Origin: Fusobacteriota bacterium
GTDB lineage: Bacteria > Fusobacteriota > Fusobacteriia > Fusobacteriales > JBNJFI01
Length of the DNA stretch: 12,493 nt
Reading direction: 5' to 3'
Assembly (NCBI GenBank): GCA_051746725.1
Contig: JBNJFI010000062.1
Location: 1-12,493 of the forward strand
Numbering within the stretch: position 1 is the first letter of the stretch; the number at the start of each line of letters is the position of its first letter. This document shows, in pieces, positions 8,134 through 12,493 of this stretch. Below the pieces are notes generated by a model. It worked only from the letters and a program-made list of their open reading frames with translations, did not search any database and had not been told where the DNA came from. The translations under genes and the position numbers were made by a program.

Positions 8134-9150
8134 ATGGTTATAGTTATGAAAAATGGAGCAACTGAAGAAGAGATAGAAAAAGTTGTAAATAGAGTTGAAG
8201 AGTTAGGATTAAAGACTCACAAAGTGGTAGGAGAACATAAAACAATTATAGGGGTTATTGGAGATGAAGCAATACTTAGAGCACACCCTGTAGACCCTTA
8301 TGATGGGGTAGAGGCAGTAAATGCAATAGAGAAACCTTTTAAATTTGCAAGTAGAGAATTTAAACAGGAAGATACTATAATTGATGTAGATGGAGTAAAA
8401 ATAGGTGGTGGAAATTTTGTAGTGATGGCGGGACCTTGTTCTGTTGAAGGTAAAGAGATGTTGTTTGAAACTGCTAAAGTTGCAAAGGAAAATGGTGCAA
8501 GTCTTTTAAGAGGAGGGGCATTTAAGCCTAGAACTTCTCCATATTCATTTCAAGGTTTAGGAGAAGAAGGGTTAAAATATTTGAGAGAAGCAGCTGATAA
8601 ATATGACATGAGAGTAATAACAGAAGTTATGGATGCAAAGGATATAGACTTAATAGGAAAATATGCAGATGTTTTTCAAATAGGTGCAAGAAACATGCAA
8701 AACTTTACTCTTTTAAAAGCGTTGGGTAAGACTGATATTCCTATAATGTTAAAAAGGGGAATGTCAGCTACAGTTAAAGATCTTTTAATGGCAGCTGAAT
8801 ACATTATATCATCTGGAAATAAAAAGGTAATATTATGCGAGAGAGGAATTAGAACTTTTGAAACATATAGTAGAAATACAGTAGATATAAATATAATTCC
8901 TTCTGTAAAAGAATTATCACATTTACCTATTATAATAGATTCTAGCCATGGAACAGGTCGAAGATCTCTAGTGGCTCCAATTGCCTTAGCAGGATTAGTA
9001 GCAGGTGCTGATGGATGTATGGTTGAAGTACATCCTGATCCTAAGAAGGCTTTATCAGATGGTCCTCAATCTCTAAGATTTTTTGAGTTTGAAGATTTCA
9101 TGAAAAAAGTAAAAAAATACCTAGAATTTGAAAACAAAGAATTATCTTAA
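8134..9150 (+). CDS. aroF: 3-deoxy-7-phosphoheptulonate (DAHP) synthase, type I-beta with N-terminal ACT/ferredoxin-like regulatory domain
   Basis: [53 protein letters not shown] and [17 protein letters not shown]. The ~65-aa N-terminal extension MVIVMK...IIGVIGD is of the Thermotoga type. Confidence 0.96.
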   Translation: MVIVMKNGATEEEIEKVVNRVEELGLKTHKVVGEHKTIIGVIGDEAILRAHPVDPYDGVEAVNAIEKPFKFASREFKQEDTIIDVDGVKIGGGNFVVMAGPCSVEGKEMLFETAKVAKENGASLLRGGAFKPRTSPYSFQGLGEEGLKYLREAADKYDMRVITEVMDAKDIDLIGKYADVFQIGARNMQNFTLLKALGKTDIPIMLKRGMSATVKDLLMAAEYIISSGNKKVILCERGIRTFETYSRNTVDINIIPSVKELSHLPIIIDSSHGTGRRSLVAPIALAGLVAGADGCMVEVHPDPKKALSDGPQSLRFFEFEDFMKKVKKYLEFENKELS

Positions 9151-9160
9151 TAAAAATTAA

Positions 9161-9196
9161 AGGCACTACATATTAAGAATATGTGGTGCCTATTTT
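9161..9196 (+). terminator. Intrinsic terminator-like hairpin after aroF
   Basis: AGGCACTACATATT-AAG-AATATGTGGTGCCT (14-bp stem with one G:U pair), followed by a short ATTTT tail. Confidence 0.75.
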
Positions 9197-9219
9197 ATAA
9201 ACTTATGAAGAGGTGAGTT

Positions 9220-12200
9220 ATGACTAAATTAATTAGAAATAAAATAATAAAATATCTTTTTACAGTTTTTTTATTAATGATTTTATTTTTGCCTGTAAGT
9301 AAAGTTGATCCTTTAGTCTTTTTTGTTTTAATAGATATAATGGCAATGATGTTTCTATCAACTGTATTTTTAATAAAGGTAGATCCTAGAAAGTCAAAAC
9401 AGAGTAAATTTATTGAGATTTTAAAATATGGATTTGTTGGTTATTTTTTATTTTCTTTTTTGGCGATTATATCATTTGCAAATATTAATTTTTTAGATTT
9501 AAATTGGATATATCCGTATGAGTATAGCAGAATATCAAATTTTATTTTTGGAATTTCCCTATTATTAGGAGCTTATAATATTGGGAGAAGAAAAATAAAA
9601 AAGAACACTTGGTTAATTTTAATTATAGTAATGTTATTACCAGTCTATTATTTTATTTCGATTAATCAAAATCTAGAAAATATGGACATAAAAGTTGTAG
9701 ATATATATTTATCGGTTATATATTTATACTCTTTTTTGCTAATATGTTATAAAGAAAAATTATACAGACATAATCATTTAGAAATTATTTTGGGATTATT
9801 TTCAATTGTAATAGGATATTTACTTATAATGCTATTTGATTACTCGAATATCTCTAGAACAACAGCACATATTTTGAAATTAGTAGCAACTTATTATTTT
9901 TATAAAGATTTTTTAGAAGAGAATGTAAATAAATATTTAGAGGATGTATCTTCTTCTAATATGGAATTGAAAAATAAGATATATGATATTAATATGGATT
10001 TGAGACGATATAAACTTGCAATAGATCAAAGTTCTTTGATGATAATGCTATTAGATTTAGATGGAAATATAGAGTATGTAAATGATGAATTTGCTACAGA
10101 AAAATTATTAAAAAAAGAGGATATTTTATATGATCATATAAGTGAATTTGAACCTTTGAGAAAACAGATTATAAAAGAAATAACAGAAATGAAAATAGGA
10201 GAAGATTTTATAGATATAAAAAACAATTCACATATTGAAAAATCTAGAAATAATTATCAGATTTTACTAGAAAAAATAAGAAAAAAGGAGGAATGGGAGG
10301 GAGAATTAGTAAGCTTAAACAAAAACGATGAATTATATTGGGATTACGTAATATTATCTTTGGTTAAAGATGAAAATGGAAACTTGGTAAATTTATTACT
10401 TAATTTTGAGGATATAACTGCTAGAAAAAACCTAATGATTGATAGGGAACATCAATTATCTAAATTAAAAGATTTAAATAAATCAAGAAATGAGTTTTGG
10501 TCTAAAGTGAGTCATGAGATGAAAACTCCTCTGCATGGAATATTGGGATCTATTGAATTACTTATGAAAACTGATCAAACATTGGGGCAAAGTGAATTTA
10601 TGAATATTATAGAGATATCTGCAAATTCTTTACTTTCAAAGGTAAATGAGATTTTAAATTTTTCAAAGATAGAAGCCAAAAAAGTTGAGTTGAATTTAGA
10701 AGAATTTAATATAATTGACCTTTTAGAAAATTCTATTCTCAAGGTTAGAGATAGAATATACAATAATGATGTAGATATATTTTATCATATAAACCAAGGG
10801 ATAGATTGCAAAATAATAGGAGATAAAGAGAAGTTGGATATAATACTAATGAATCTTATTGAAAATGCAGTTACCTTTACAAAAAAGGGAGAAATTGAAA
10901 TATCAGTAAATATAGATGAATCTGAAAATAACAGTCATATGTTGTTTGAAGTTAGAGACACTGGCATTGGAATAGAAAAAGATTCTTTAGATAAGGTATT
11001 TAATGAGTTTTATCAAGAAAAAGACATAGCTTATGAGAGAGAAGATATTGGAACGGGATTAGGATTAGCAATTGTCAAAAAGACAGTTGAATTTCTAGGT
11101 GGAAAAATATGGGTAGAAAGCGTAAAAGGAGTAGGGAGTACTTTCTATTTTGAATTGACCATGGAAAATGGAGAAGCAATTGAATTTCCAGTATCATATG
11201 AGGAAGATAAGAATATATTGATAGAATTCAAGAATAAAAAATTAGATTCATATGTGAAAGAGGGTATTCATAGAGATTTGAAAATGAATCTAATATCAAG
11301 GAAAGATCTAGAATTAAATTCAAAAGATTTGGACTTTGTTTTTACAGATAAAGATTTTAGTGATATTTATGATGAGATAAATGCTAATAAATATATATTT
11401 GCATATAATGGAAAAAAACTAATAGATTTTGAAAAAAAATATGGAAATATTAAAGGGGTATATTTTTTATTAAAACCTTGGAGAACAGAAAAACTATATG
11501 ATATATTACTAAATAGATATATAATAAAAAATAATGAAGATATTTATCAAAAAAGGTTTACTGTATTATTAGTAGACGATAATAAATTTAATAGAAAAAT
11601 TGGTAAGGAGATATTGACAAACAAAGGTCTCTCTGTTATACTAGGTAAGAATGGTAAAGAGGCAGTTGAGATATATCAGACTGAAGAGATTGATTTAATT
11701 CTTATGGATATTAGAATGCCAATATTAGATGGAAGAAAGGCAGCCCATGAAATAAGAAAAATTGCTGGAAAAGATGAAATTCCAATAATTGCAATAACAG
11801 CGAATGTCATCGAAGAAAATTTAAATGAAACTAAGGATGAATATTCGGATTTCAATGGATGCTTAAAAAAACCCATGGATACAAAAAAAGTAGATGAAAT
11901 TTTATCTCAATATTTAACTCCGAAAAAAAAGATAATGCAATTTGAAGATTTAAAAAATAAGATAGGAGATAATGAAGATTTTATAAGAGATATGGTTTTT
12001 GATTTCATTGGAAAAAACCCTGAAATTCTATCTATTCTTAAAAAAAATCTAGAAGAAAAGAATTTAGAAAAACTAGAATATCATCTTCATAAATATAAAG
12101 GAGTTTTAGGACATTTTTCTGTTCCAAGTTTAGTAAAATTGGTTTCAGATATGGAAGAAGAGAGCAAAAAAGATAATTTGAAAAGTTGGAAGAAATTAGA

Positions 12201-12270
12201 AAATATGTATACGGAATTAGAAGAAAAATTAGAGCAGGTCAAAAAAGAGGTCAATTCTTATTTTAACTAA
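9220..12270 (+). CDS. Unorthodox hybrid sensor kinase: multi-TM (MASE3-like) region, PAS/PAC, HisKA, HATPase, degenerate REC, REC and HPt
   Basis: About 7 hydrophobic segments ending HILKLVATYYFYK. PAS (LDLDGNIEYVN...EDITARK), H box VSHEMKTPLHGI (His432), NLIENAVTFT, DTGIGI and GTGLGL. REC VLLVDDN...LMDIRMP (Asp830)...KP; HPt HLHKYKG (His957). RBS GAGGTG at 9210-9215. Confidence 0.93.
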   Translation: MTKLIRNKIIKYLFTVFLLMILFLPVSKVDPLVFFVLIDIMAMMFLSTVFLIKVDPRKSKQSKFIEILKYGFVGYFLFSFLAIISFANINFLDLNWIYPYEYSRISNFIFGISLLLGAYNIGRRKIKKNTWLILIIVMLLPVYYFISINQNLENMDIKVVDIYLSVIYLYSFLLICYKEKLYRHNHLEIILGLFSIVIGYLLIMLFDYSNISRTTAHILKLVATYYFYKDFLEENVNKYLEDVSSSNMELKNKIYDINMDLRRYKLAIDQSSLMIMLLDLDGNIEYVNDEFATEKLLKKEDILYDHISEFEPLRKQIIKEITEMKIGEDFIDIKNNSHIEKSRNNYQILLEKIRKKEEWEGELVSLNKNDELYWDYVILSLVKDENGNLVNLLLNFEDITARKNLMIDREHQLSKLKDLNKSRNEFWSKVSHEMKTPLHGILGSIELLMKTDQTLGQSEFMNIIEISANSLLSKVNEILNFSKIEAKKVELNLEEFNIIDLLENSILKVRDRIYNNDVDIFYHINQGIDCKIIGDKEKLDIILMNLIENAVTFTKKGEIEISVNIDESENNSHMLFEVRDTGIGIEKDSLDKVFNEFYQEKDIAYEREDIGTGLGLAIVKKTVEFLGGKIWVESVKGVGSTFYFELTMENGEAIEFPVSYEEDKNILIEFKNKKLDSYVKEGIHRDLKMNLISRKDLELNSKDLDFVFTDKDFSDIYDEINANKYIFAYNGKKLIDFEKKYGNIKGVYFLLKPWRTEKLYDILLNRYIIKNNEDIYQKRFTVLLVDDNKFNRKIGKEILTNKGLSVILGKNGKEAVEIYQTEEIDLILMDIRMPILDGRKAAHEIRKIAGKDEIPIIAITANVIEENLNETKDEYSDFNGCLKKPMDTKKVDEILSQYLTPKKKIMQFEDLKNKIGDNEDFIRDMVFDFIGKNPEILSILKKNLEEKNLEKLEYHLHKYKGVLGHFSVPSLVKLVSDMEEESKKDNLKSWKKLENMYTELEEKLEQVKKEVNSYFN

Positions 12271-12271
12271 T

Positions 12272-12358
12272 GCAAGAGTGGCGGAACTGGTAGACGCGCA
12301 TGCTTGAGGGGCATGTGGTTATTTAACCTTACGGGTTCAAGTCCCGTCTCTTGTACCA
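12272..12358 (+). tRNA. tRNA-Leu (anticodon GAG)
   Basis: Cloverleaf: acceptor GCAAGAG/CTCTTGT, D arm GCGGAACTGGTAGACGC, anticodon arm CATGC-TTGAGGG-GCATG (GAG at 12306-12308), long variable arm GGTTA-TT-TAACC, T arm ACGGG-TTCAAGT-CCCGT, discriminator A and encoded CCA. Confidence 0.97.
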
Positions 12359-12383
12359 AAAAAATAAAATAATATAAATAAAA

Positions 12384-12418
12384 AAAACAGGAAGATATCG
12401 AAAGTATCTTCCTGTTTT
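12384..12418 (+). terminator. Intrinsic terminator after tRNA-Leu (probably bidirectional)
   Basis: Perfect 14-bp inverted repeat AAAACAGGAAGATA-TCGAAAG-TATCTTCCTGTTTT, with A and T runs at its ends. Confidence 0.88.
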
Positions 12419-12493
12419 GCTATAAAAAATTTAAAGGAAATTTTAATTTATAAAGTATATTTTAAATAAGTAATATTAGGAAGTTGCAAAACT

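Noticed and set aside
102..11876. Minus-strand ORFs 102-449, 3353-3538, 6495-6737, 10575-10763 and 11676-11876
   Set aside because: All lie wholly antisense to well-supported genes, have I/S/F/L-rich shadow composition and show no recognisable motifs.
12305..12307. TGA in the anticodon loop read as a Ser anticodon or a recoding tRNA
   Set aside because: The 5-bp stem and 7-nt loop centre the anticodon on GAG. Discriminator A and the variable arm fit Leu.
12330..12493. tRNA 3' end as an integration (att) site for an island
   Set aside because: No duplicate of the tRNA 3' end, integrase or transposase was seen. The tRNA is followed by a normal terminator. Sequence beyond the window cannot be assessed.

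Overview
AT-rich bacterial chromosomal window, probably from an anaerobe (the HemZ and ferredoxin resemble Fusobacteriota/clostridial proteins; this is inference). All supported protein genes are on the + strand: uppP, pilT, pilC, a HemZ-family radical SAM gene, a small 2[4Fe-4S] ferredoxin, a beta-propeller/Y_Y_Y sensor histidine kinase without a receiver, a type I-beta DAHP synthase (aroF) with its own sigma70 promoter and terminator, a multi-TM PAS-HK-REC-HPt hybrid kinase, and tRNA-Leu(GAG) followed by a terminator. No mobile element, CRISPR array or defence system is visible. Two leads stand out. (1) A candidate ~80-nt minus-strand sRNA in the hemZ-ferredoxin gap, with TATAAT, two hairpins, a C-rich loop and a U6 tail. 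(2) Two orphan kinases that share a near-identical DHp helix-1 segment (24/25 nt), suggesting a multikinase phosphorelay. Both are hypotheses from sequence alone.
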